Positions 52,442 to 63,390 of a stretch of DNA of 64,000 bases are shown here, piece by piece. Below the pieces are notes generated by a model. It was given only the letters and a program-made list of their open reading frames with translations. It did not search any database and had not been told where the DNA came from. Numbering within the stretch: the first letter of the stretch is position 1; every line of letters starts with the position of its first letter. The stretch comes from Chiloscyllium plagiosum (lineage: Eukaryota), in assembly GCF_004010195.1 (NCBI RefSeq), contig NC_057751.1, positions 19,621,994-19,685,993 on the forward strand, written 5' to 3'. The position numbers and the translations under genes were made by a program.

Positions 52442-52707
52442 TGTACACATATAATGCAAAGAAGGAGAAAAAAAGTACAAAATTATACATGAGCAGCTTA
52501 TACACAGGAGTAAACTCACACATACAAAATCTTTCACTTGTGCAGGTAAGAAAACAGTTGGTGTTTCAAGAGGTAGTGCCAGCAGTTCCTTCATCAGTCA
52601 TTGTCTCAGTACATTATGCCCATTGCTCATGCTGCTCCCTTTCTTAGGTTGTTTGGAGCTACTGGCAGCATCACCTTTCAGCATTCACCCAGAGGTCATG
52701 CACCCAC

Positions 52708-52843
52708 TCAATACTTGTTGATGCCAAAGATTCGGACACCGTGCAGCTGTGGGAGTTTGGGAATGAGTGCGGTGAGCAAAGATGTGGTGTTCACCAGGAA
52801 ATGAACAACATTATATTTAGTGTAGAAACTTGCTAGCATATAC
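52708..52843 (-). CDS. ORMDL2: ORMDL2 last coding exon
   Basis: cttccag|[44 protein letters not shown]; 136 nt. Total 462 nt = 153 aa, the canonical ORMDL length. Confidence 0.95.
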
Positions 52844-53574
52844 CTGGAAGGAAAACAGAGCTTTAACATTTGTTTATCACTTATAAATGCTCATTGGTAG
52901 AGTTACACAGCACAGGAGGAGGACATTTGTCCTGTTATGCCTGTGCCAGCTTTTTTGCTTGTCCTATTTTCTCTCTGCTATATTCTGAGTACAGTACTGA
53001 CAGAGGGGCAGCGTAACAAAGCACTATATTTTTTTCCCTTTCCAGTATATATCCAAATCCCTTTCAAACGTTCCTATTGAAGCTACTTTCTGTGCCCTTT
53101 CAGGCAGCATGTTCCAGATAGCTCACTGCATTTAAAAAAGTAATCTCCTCATCTCCCTCTTTGGTTTTTTTTAAACCACTCACCTCGGAGTCCTCTTTTC
53201 CATGACAATGCAATACTAGTTCAGCACTGCCCTTCTGACAGTGCAGCACTCCCATGATAGTGCCCCTCTGACAATGTGGCACTACTTCCAACAATGCAGC
53301 GTTCCTCAGGATCAAGTCTCCAATATAACACAGCATTCCAGCAGCACTACAGTGGAAGTGGCAGACTTGATTCTTGTGCTAATGTCTGTCAAGTGGAGCT
53401 TAAACCAACAACATTATGACTCAGAAGCAAGACTGCAATCCCATGAGCCATGGCTGACACCCTATTAATACCTTGGAGCACAACAGTTTTTTTTTCTCCC
53501 TCTCCTGCCACAATAAAGGTCCAAATTGTGTATTTGTTATAACAATTAAAGCAGGAAACAGAACAAGGACTTAC

Positions 53575-53726
53575 AGAATTATTGGAGTGATGGTGAGAAA
53601 CTTGCGTGAAGACGTAAACTGAATCCCATAATCCATTTGCTCCCAGTGTGTAAGTAATCGTGCCTTTCCCTGGTCTGGAGTTTCAAATGGTGTTCCTTTA
53701 ACCGTGTGCAGAAACCAATACATTGC
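53575..53726 (-). CDS. ORMDL2: ORMDL2 coding exon 2
   Basis: tttgtag|[50 protein letters not shown](L)|gtaagt; 152 nt. Confidence 0.95.
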
Positions 53727-53931
53727 CTACAAACAGAGACTTGGTATATCACTGGGTGCTGACAAAGACCTTTGCGATTTGCCATCTGTGTGTTCTGAGA
53801 AGAGGCTGTCAGCAACTATGAAAATACCTCAGAACAACCTAGTGATTACACAGCACAGCTGGAGTCTGCACATCTGTCACCACCTTTTTCATGTTTCTGT
53901 TGTTAAAGAAATTAAAGATCCACATGCAACA

Positions 53932-54975
53932 GAGTCATAGAGCAAGGAAACATACCCTTCGGTCCAACTGGTTCATGCCAACCAAGTTTCTAAAACTAAA
54001 CTAGTCCCATTTGCCTGAATTTGGGCCATATCCACCTGAAACGTCTGAAAATGAACCTTCAAGCTCAGCGAGCAAACCTACATCCAGAACCTCAACCTGA
54101 GCTACAAATCTTCTCAAAACACGCTTGGGCCATACCCCTCTAACCCTTTCCTTTTCATGTACCTATCTAAACGTCTTTTAAATGCTGTAACCGTACCTGT
54201 ATCTACCACTTCCTTTGGCAGTTCACTTACCATACGAACCACCCTGTGTGAAAAAGTTGCCCCTCAGGTCGCTTTTAAATCTTTCTCCTCTCACATCTCT
54301 GCCCTCCAGTTTTGAACTCCCTATCCTAGGGAAAAGACCTTTGCTATTCACCTTATCTATGCCCCTCATGATTTTATAAGCCTCTATAAAGGTCACCCCT
54401 AAACCTGCTACGCTCCACTGAAAGAAGTCCCAGCCTCTCCCTGTAACTCAAACCCTTCAGTTCTAGTAACATCCTTGTAAATCTTTTCTGCACTGTCTCC
54501 AATTTAATAATATTGTTTCTATAGAAGGTCCGCCAGAACTGTACACAGTACACCAAAAATGGCCTCACCAACATCCTGTACAACCGAAACATGACATCCC
54601 AACTCCTATACTCAAAAGTCTGAGCAATGAAGGCAAGTGTGCCAAACGTCTTCTTTACCACCATGTCAACCTGTGATGTAACTTTCAAGGAACCATGATT
54701 TCTCTACACAGATGCCACCAGACCTGCTGAGCTTTTCCAACAATTTCTATTTTTTGTTTCTAAACCCCTAGGCTTCTTACCAAAATACAACACCTCGCAT
54801 TTTATTTAAATTAAATTCCATCTACCATTCCTGGGCCCATTGGCCTAATTGATCAAGATCCCTTTATAATCCTACATAACCTTCTTCGCTATCTACTATA
54901 GCACCAATTTTGGTGTCATCTGCAAACTTACTTACTAACCATGCTTTCTATATTCTCATCCAAATTATTTATATA
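53932..54975 (-). mobile_element. CR1 3' fragment
   Basis: ORF LYRMLVRPFLVYCVQFW..LETVQKRFTRML; KFADDTK remnant ~54910-54930. Confidence 0.88.
54034..54124 (+). mobile_element. Penelope-like fragment inserted in a CR1 3' end
   Basis: TSD ttgggccata(t/c)cc at 54021 and 54125. Begins at the GAAACGTC half of the hammerhead. Confidence 0.65.
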
Positions 54976-56059
54976 AATACCTTTTATATGAAGATCTCGT
55001 AGTTTAAAAACATGGGCTTAAGGTGGGAAAGTCCTGGACCAAGGACTAACAGTCCTAAGCTAATTGCAATGAAAACTGTTTCAAACTGGTTAAAATTAAC
55101 AGCCGAGTACAAAATCATAAACACACATTGCATTAGTTCACTAACTGAATAAGAATCTCTAGAATTTTAGTTTTTACTAAATGTTAACTACTGAGAATAT
55201 ATTAATCCTTACAATTGACCTCAGGAATGAATGAGTAACAATCAAAGGCACATAAACTTGTCAACCTGTGCTCAGGTTCAAATGACTAGTCATGAGTGTG
55301 CAGTCCAGATCAGTTCAACATGAACTTGGTCTGTGAAGTTTGAGTTGGCAATGTCTAAAATACTTCCTCCTTACCAAAATAAAAGCAAGCTTCTTAAAAT
55401 CATCAGTGCCATGATGATCACTGCTGTTGCATCAACCCGTGGCAGAAAGATACATATTATCTGTGTTATTTGCAATCTGAGCTGCACTGAATAGAGGAAC
55501 ACTTCAGTGTCATTTGCATTGTCTCCTGGCTTGGGCAGAGTGGGGAGAATAAAGAGAACATTAAAAGAAGGTAGTTGCCCCTTTCAGATGCAATAACAAG
55601 ACTTCAGGGAGCAGGGTAGTTCTATGTGCACCACAGTAGTTCAAGAATGCGGATCAGTGTTACCAGGGCAACTAGGGAGAAGAAATATATATTTGTCTTT
55701 GTCAGCGATGCTCATATCCCATGAATGAAATTTTCAAATAGTAAATGCAAGTCCAAAGAAGGAGAATTTACTTTGAAAATAAAAACGATACTGTGAAAAG
55801 AGATTCTTGAACAAGAAGGATCTGCTTAATTACATTAAGAATTTTCAGCTAGTGAAATTTCTGGCAATAGCAATAAATTTCTCAAAAACTATCACAATGA
55901 ACCCTGTGGACTGGGGCCACTGAAATGCTTCCCTGGTTTCTTTTTCTCCACCATAACACCATCATTTTTGTCTGTCTGTGTATGCATACGATGTTCTAGA
56001 AATGAGTTGGAGAATTAACCAGTAGAGCAACAGACAAGTTGTTCATAGTTGTTTACCCG

Positions 56060-56760
56060 ATGTTAGAATCTATTTATTTGTAATAAATAGTAGTTCTTGT
56101 TCAGTACATAAACCTGGTCCAATTTTTCTGTCAGCCTTGGTCTATCTGACACGCAAATTGAGGACTTTGTATGCTCTGATTAACTTTTTAACACGGTTCG
56201 ATTTCCAGCATGGTACCCCATTGATGTGTAGACTATTACTGAGTTCAGTTCAGAATCAAGTTTCATTTCAGAAGAATCGGGTTTTCAGTATAATAGAGCC
56301 CGAGTAGAAGGATTTAATTTTGTGAAGATTCTGAGCTGAGAGAGTCTATGTCAAAGTTTTCAAGCTGTCAATACTAGAGAAGAGATTCCATGCCATCAGA
56401 ACTGAAAAGAAATCCAGGTCATCATCAAAACTGGAAAGAGTCAATTAAGTAAGAAATTAAAAAGTTAAGATAAGAGTGATACTTCAGTGGGATTGAGTAC
56501 CTGTAAAGGATATTGCTTGGGAAAATGATTGAAACATATTCAACAAAACAAAATTAAGATCATTCTAAATTGTTGTCCTGGATTGTTTTGTTTTCTTTTG
56601 TGTAATAAACTTATGGTATTTTTAAAAGAGCATTCACAGTAGTTATTCAGTGACTAACCACCATGGTAACCAACTGCAAAATCAAACTTATAACCTATAA
56701 AACCAGGTTTCACTCTAGGATTTGAATTCTCCAGGATTACTATCAGCTGGGATCAGAACA
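56060..56760 (+). mobile_element. Possible degraded solo-LTR sequence
   Basis: Two tgtaataaa poly(A)-like motifs and a gggatcagaaca terminus ending in CA. No clear TSD or 5' TG boundary. Confidence 0.3.
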
Positions 56761-56952
56761 ACACAAACTTGTATGTTCCACCAGGGATCACTGGACAGTG
56801 ATCAGGTGGAGCCCTAGCCACTTGCCACTCATCTGTAACTCAGAAGTGCTAAGGTTCAATTTTTACGCCACAACCGCAGTAGCACAGGATATTGACATCC
56901 CTTTAAAAGTACCCGCGTGAAGTTTTGCCCCCACCCATTCGCTGTGACTCAC

Positions 56953-57126
56953 CGAGTTATGGATGACATGAGTGAGGGTCCACACCACAGGAATGCTGAA
57001 GAATGGAATGCTCAGCAGGACGACGTGGAGAATTCCGACTAAAATGAGGTAGGCCAGCCAGATTCCCCGGCTGTTCATTATCCGGGTGTTTGGATTAACC
57101 TCACTGTGAGCGACACCAACATTCAT
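56953..57126 (-). CDS. ORMDL2: ORMDL2 first coding exon (sphingolipid biosynthesis regulator)
   Basis: [58 protein letters not shown]|GTGAGT; 174 nt. GIWLAY and FFSIPVVW, plus adjacency to DNAJC14, favour ORMDL2 over ORMDL1/3. Confidence 0.93.
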
Positions 57127-58329
57127 CCTGTCTCCTACTTTAAAGAAGGGGAAAGTTCAAAAAAGGAAAGTGGTCCTCATTCTCTGTCCTCCACTCAGCT
57201 GCTGGCATCTATCTGCACAATCGGGTAAAGCGAACCGATAAAGTTTATGCCAAAACAGAAACAGTAAAAGTCAAACATGCTTTTTCAATTATTGCGCAAT
57301 GGGTGAATTATGTTATCAGTCAGATTCTATCCAAAGCCAGTATCTGCATTATATCCAGAACTTCTACAATTTTTAGTGCAAAACTGACATACTTGAACAG
57401 CAGGTTGAATGTTTTGCTGATCTAACCTGTCAATTTGCTCACACAAAATTCCACTAACAGCAGTGAGGTTGAGGGTTGTTTTTTTGAGGGAGAAATGATG
57501 GCTCCAGGACACAAGGGAGAACTGTCCCCGCTCTTCTTCAAAATTGTGCCACCTGACAGGATGGACAGGAACCTCAGTTTAATGTTTCATCTGAAAGGCA
57601 GCACCTCTGACAGTGCAATGCTCCTCTCCCTGCACCATACCCCCAACTCCTACATCATGGGTCAGTGAGGAGAGGAGAAACCAAGGCTCTGGAGATACTT
57701 GAGCTTCACAAACGTGGCCTTGTGGTGGATCCCTGATTGCAACCACACTGAGGTGAGGAGATGCCAAAAGATTCAAATCTACGTCCAATGCAACATGAAC
57801 TTGGTAGTCTCATTCCAGACAATGCAAAACTGGATGAAATTCAGGATTCAGGATGAAATTGCCCAGCTGGTGCACTTGTGCTATTTGCGCATTTTGCCAG
57901 GTCTATTTTGCGCTATTGGCAGGGCTTCCCAGGTTTTCTACCATCTCATCATTTAAATGGGTCTTATACATCCTGCCATAATATGTCTCATGGTACAGCA
58001 AAAAAATAGTTGGTGCAACTTTTTGTCAAGGCGACAGTGTACATCCTATTGGCGACAAAGTTTGAAGCTGGACATTTTCCTGTTGTGGTCTGTGCTGCAG
58101 AAGATGGCTAACGTGAGGGGACAGGGAACAACAGGCTGTCAGGAAAACTGCAGGTGAAAGGCATGGATCCCACACAATTAACCTTATGTAAAGCTTACAT
58201 AAGTGCTTAGCTTCCAACTTTCTACCCAGTGCGAAAGAGAGAGAGACATCAAGCCCTTGTGGGGAAAGCCCAGCGTGGAGCAACTACAGGCCCATTGCTA
58301 AAGAAGGACTGTAATTGGAACTTTTAACT

Positions 58330-58520
58330 TTATTACTTATTTACTACTTTATACTGACAAGAACTGTAATGTTAAACGTTTCTACTTTTTACTTAAGATT
58401 TTGTACCTAGATACCTTGTACCGAAGTTGGCGCCGTGAATTGTGACATTGTAAACTTTTCACTGTACTCCTGTATCCCTGTACTTGAGTAAACATGACAA
58501 TAAAACTTAATTCTAACTCT
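58330..58520 (+). mobile_element. Non-LTR retroelement 3' tail, family uncertain
   Basis: cttttcactgtac..gtaaacatgacaataaa followed by a degenerate short-repeat tail. Confidence 0.45.
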
Positions 58521-58574
58521 ATAAATCTGAGCTCATTGAAAACTCTGCTGCTTGTATCCTGACCGACACCCATC

Positions 58575-58783
58575 ACCCTCCACTTGCCTTGGTCCTAAGT
58601 TCTGGAATTCCTTCCCTGAAACCTTTGCTCCAACTTAAGTCACCGCTTCCAGCCTACCTGGTTAACCAAGTTACTTGTCATCTGCCCTACTTCTTATTTT
58701 AAATTTTTCTCTGATAATTGCCCATGAAACACCTCAGGGCATTTTACCATCTTAAAGGCATTATATAAGAATAAGTTGTTGTC
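58575..58783 (+). mobile_element. L2-like LINE 3' end (similar copy ~61130-61480)
   Basis: ggtcctaagttctggaattccttccct (LWNSLP-like) and the tail gaaacacctcagggcatttt..aaaggcattatataagaataagttgttg. Confidence 0.55.
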
Positions 58784-60251
58784 TAAAATAAACAGACAAC
58801 CCACCAAATTCATAGACTCCACAATGAGGTCAAGGTGATATTTCCCTTTTCAAAATATTTCAATGATGTGTTGTTGAAACTTTTTGTCTTGCATTTATTT
58901 AGGACAAATTCCAAACAATTGCAAAATTTACAGAAGCAATGAGTGCTGCCAGGTTGGCAAAATACTCTGGCTGAGGCTTTGCCATGGAGAAAGCAACAGG
59001 GAACGCGAAGCTCCCTGAGGCTCCTGGATAATTCAAAAAAAGTGCAAGGCTTGAACAGATTACTTTTGTTTGCAAAGAACAGGTTGCTGTCAATGAATGT
59101 ATGTCGCTTTCAACAATTCTAAATGAGCCACATTATGAGCCAGTCTGATTATCTTAAACTGGTTGTGTAGCTTGGAGTGCACTCTCAACTGTCCAGCAAA
59201 TGCTGCCCAATTGTGAAAACACACCTAACAGTAGATATATCATTAAATTAGCTAACTTTGGAAATTAGTTGGTGAAATTTAGGTGTTTGACCACCTTCAT
59301 GTGAAGAAGCAGTAAAATCAGCTGCACAGTGATAAGAGTTAGACTCTGTGGTTTGCACAATCAAAGACCAATCACTCTTTTAGAGGTGAAAAAGTGGCTA
59401 ACAAGTTCTCATTTCTTTGAAACTATAACTTCCTTGAAGGAACAACAGGTGGATCTCTTGGGGTGATAAAGATCAAAATAATTTCATCAGCAATGAAATT
59501 AATGGCCAGCATGTCAGATTCATATGCTTAATACCTGAGCCAACCAGCTCCATAATAACTGAGCGCACTACTGAAGACTCAAATGTCAGCCCAGAGAAAT
59601 TCATTCTGCTAAATCTGGAAGGGAATCTATAGTTAAACAACAACAGCAGTACTGTGACTTAACAGCATGTGTTTTTATTTCATTTGTTTGATCTTTACCC
59701 ACATGTATTTGGGATTCCATATTCATGACTCTTTCCAACCTTCATTCAAGTTTTATGGACTTGTTCCTTGTAGAGAGAAGTCAGGTGGTGAACTGACCAA
59801 GCCAAAAGCTGAATTGTGTTAAAAGTATCAATAGTGTGACTTGTGTTTGACATTGTAACAACAAATTATTCTGCATCAGCTTATAAAACGTTTGACATTT
59901 TGTTTAATTAATCCCTTTAAAACCACTAACAACAGGCAAGGTGCATCGTCTGCCAGAAAAAAAAGAATCCTACAAAGCTGAAAGTGGTGGCTAGCAAGGA
60001 CTAAGTATTTAAAAAATGCTTTATGTCTTTGTATAAATAAAATTAAACAAAATACTTAGAAAAAAGCGATAATAGAATTGGCTGGTTTCTGAGAAGCCAG
60101 GTCCTGAAGACAGCGCCCCTTAAACGTAAAGGCGGTTAAAAAGGGCCTGTTAACACTTAACCTATCTGCCTTTTTTTTAAAAAAAAGGGAATTATATCTT
60201 CAAAGCATCTTAACCTCGTCCAAAAATAAATAACAAAAAGCAATTCTTTTC

Positions 60252-60430
60252 ACTCACCAGCTCCTTTAACTACGATCAGGAAGGCCTCCTCCGCTCAACC
60301 TAACCTGTCACCGCCGTGTCTGCTTAACTCAGCTGTTGTTTGGCTGATCGGGTTGCATTCACACTGGGATTGGCTATCTGCAACGTCAATCACATGGCAC
60401 AATGGCTATCACAATAGGTTGCACGCCAGC
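60252..60430 (-). promoter_or_regulatory. ORMDL2: ORMDL2 promoter and non-coding exon 1
   Basis: Minus-strand donor CTG|GTGAGT (exon end 60258), CCAAT box (GCCAATC 60368-60374), TGACGT CRE-like site 60383-60388 and locally raised CpG. Confidence 0.7.
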
Positions 60431-60559
60431 TCTGAAAATCTAACGAAGGTGGCGGGGTGGAGAATTAGCCGACAAAAAATACGCAGGGTAACTAAATTGT
60501 TGTCCATCTCCAGCTTAAGTTGGGTGCGGGAGGGGATTGGTAGTTTCCACTTTTCGAGA

Positions 60560-60871
60560 TATTTTCTATTCCATCTGCTTAAAGGTATTATTATCCACCT
60601 CTGGAGCAGATGGACTTGACGCAGGCCTTTTGGCTCAGAGGTTGGAGAACGACCACAGTACCACAAAAAACTTTTTCTATGTGTTCTACGGCAGCCTTTC
60701 AAGCGATTCTCTGAGGATATTCCTAATATAACTAAGCTCTTTTAACTGGGGATACCCACTGAAGTGACTTTTAATCAACTTGCTCAGACGTATTTGACAC
60801 ATCTCTGCGACAGGTGGGACATGAACCTGGATCTTCTGGCTCAGAGGTAGGGCCATTACCACAAGAGCCCT
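60560..60871 (-). mobile_element. Two ~105-bp tRNA-like SINE units just upstream of the ORMDL2 promoter
   Basis: cctacctctgagccagaagatccaggttcatgtcccacctg and caacctctgagccaaaaggcctgcgtcaagtccatctgctccagagg. Confidence 0.55.
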
Positions 60872-61854
60872 TAGAATTTCCATTTTTATGTTGAGTCTCA
60901 AATGTGAAAATCAAGTTTTATTTTTCAGAAACAGTTTATTTCATTGTCATCTCTGCCAATATGGTACCCGGTAGCTGTGCCAATTTAGTGCAGGGCCTGG
61001 GAATCTGAGTTCCCACTTACCAGGGCCACCCTAGGATTGGCACATGTTACCCAGACCACAGAATAGGGTTGAGGGGTGCAATCTTGGTGTAGGGTGCACA
61101 AAACAAAATGTTTCAGTTCCTGCCAACTCAATACCATCATGTTTGTCATCCTCATGCTTCAATCCCTGCAAGGCCACCCAATTTCTAACTCACCAGCTGT
61201 GACAACACCTCATTCCCAATTACTGCATTTCTTTAATTCTGGCTTCTTGAGTATCCCCCACTTTCCATCACTCCACCATGGCCTTCAGCAAGCAAGAGGT
61301 CACAAGCTTTACAATTCCCTCTTGAAAGATGCTCCTTACCTACCTCATCCAACCTTTTACTGACCCTATCCCAATAACTCTTTCTTTGACCCAGTGTACA
61401 TTTTTTATCAATGTTGCTGTGAAGTATCTTGGGATGCTTCTCGGTTTTAAAGGCACTTGGGACAAGGAAAGCAACTGCACCCAATGTGAACACTTGACTA
61501 AGTTGGACGTTCTCCTCCATTGTTTGGCAATGCATTAAGATGAGAAAAAAACTGCATAATTATTTAGTTGGTTGCCAGCATCCAGATCTACAGGTTCTGG
61601 CCCGAGTCTCTGACAATAGTTCTTAGAGAATCAGATGCAGAGCTCTGGCTATCACGCTATGCCTGAGAGTATTGCTAAATTCAGCTCTGACCTTAAACTT
61701 GCCTCCACCTCCTTGTGTGTATGTTGCAACACTAATCTGCAATGATGGTCATGTGGAGAGGATCAAAGGGCAATTATCTTCACACCTGCTTCATGCAGCT
61801 CATCGTTCACCAGCAACATCAAACAGATCTTAGCATAATGGCAGCTTACAAAAA

Positions 61855-62440
61855 CGGCATTTCTATAGAACCTTTCATGATCTCAGAATATTCCAAATCA
61901 CTTTAAAATAAATGAAATGCGATTAAAATGTAATAATTGCTGTAATGTTTGCAAAATAAGCAGCCAATTTGTGCACAGCAACACCCCCCAGCCCCCACAC
62001 ACATCAATGTGATGAAGACTGATATGGGCCACTCCTGATGAAGGGCTTTTGCCCGAAACGTCGACTCTCCTGCTCCTCGGATGCTGCCTCACCTGCTGTG
62101 CTTTTCCAGCACCACACTCTTGACTCTAATCTCCAGCATCTGCAGTCCTCACTTTTGTCTAATGTTTTACTGATGTCACTTGAAGGATAAATATTGGCCA
62201 GGACACCAGGACAACTCCCTCGGGCTGCTTTGAAAAATGTGTCATGGGATCATTACATCTACCCAATGGGGAGAAGGGGCCTCCTTTCACCATCTCATTG
62301 GAAGGACGCCATCCTTGACAATGTGGCATGCCCTCAGCACTGATCCTCTGATAGTGCCTATTCCCTCAGTGCTGACCCTCCAACAGTGCCTACTCCCTCA
62401 GCACTGAACCCACAGCCTCCTGACCCCAAGGCGAGAGTTT
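61855..62440 (-). mobile_element. Deu-domain SINE with an internal ~29-bp tandem expansion
   Basis: gcagccaatttgtgcacagca Deu motif; ccctcagcactga-containing units at 62310-62408. Confidence 0.7.
62031..62161 (+). mobile_element. Penelope-like mini-element with intact hammerhead core (62035-62062)
   Basis: CTGATGA-A-GGGC(TTTT)GCCC-GAAA-CGTC, then the family body ending ctccagcatctgcagtcctcactttt. Interrupts a Deu-SINE. Confidence 0.75.
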
Positions 62441-62669
62441 TCCTCTTCAGTGATGTTTGCCAAATCAAAATCCTTTATGTCTTCCTAGAAGCTACTAATG
62501 ACTTCCAAATCTTTGCAAAGGTTTTCAGAATCTGAATTAATTGGAATCAGAATTTCCTCCATCCTCAATCTGCATCTTGACAATTCCTATTCGTTGTCCC
62601 TGACCCTTTAATCCACTGCCCCCACTAGTTTACTCACTGCACTCATCTTCGTCACACCAAAAGTAATTT

Positions 62670-63390
62670 CATAGAGTCATACAGCACAGAAACGTACCCT
62701 TCTGTCCAACTCATCCATGCTGACCAAGGTTTCCAAACTAAACTCGTCCCATTTGCCTATGTTTGGCCCATATCCCTCTAAACCTCTCCTATTCATGTAC
62801 CTGTCCAAATGTGTTTTTAATGTTGTAACTGTACCTGCATCTACTACTTCCTCTGGCAGTTCATTCCACATACAAACTACCCTCTGTGTGAAAAGGTTGC
62901 CCCTCAAGTACCTTTTAAGTCTTTTTCCTCTCACCTTAAATCAATGCCCTCTAGTTTTGAACTCCCCCACCCTGCAGAAAAAACATTTGCTATTCACCTG
63001 ATCTATGCCCCTCATGATTTTATAAACTTTTTTAAGGTTACCCCTCAATCTCCTATGCTCCATTGGAAAAAGTCTCACCTCTTCCTAAAACTCAAACCCT
63101 CCAGTCCCGGTAACATCCTTGTAAATCTTTTCTGCACCTTCTCCAATTTAACAATATCCTCCCTATAGAAAGGTGATCAGAACTGTACACAGTACTCCAG
63201 AAATGGCCTCACCAACATCCTGTACAACATGACATCCCAACTGTATGGTCAGAGTAATAAAGGCAAGCGTGCCAAACACCTTCTTTACCACCCTATGTAC
63301 CTGTGATGCAGCTTGCAAAGAACTATGTACTTGCGCCCCTAGGTCTCTCTGTTCGACAACACTCCCTAAAGCCCTACCATTAACTGTGCT
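62670..63390 (-). mobile_element. CR1 3' fragment
   Basis: ORF RGNLFTQRVVCMWNELPEEVVDAG plus the 3'UTR tail. Confidence 0.88.

Noticed and set aside
46587-52707. Overlapping antisense 3'UTRs of DNAJC14 and ORMDL2
   Set aside because: The stops are 6.1 kb apart and each gene has candidate poly(A) signals near its own stop; overlap cannot be supported without transcript data.
58183-58201. Short palindrome ttatgtaa-agc-ttacataa
   Set aside because: An 8-bp AT-rich stem is expected by chance in 64 kb.
62308-62410. CRISPR-like repeat array
   Set aside because: Head-to-tail degenerate tandem units without unique spacers, in a vertebrate SINE; no cas genes.
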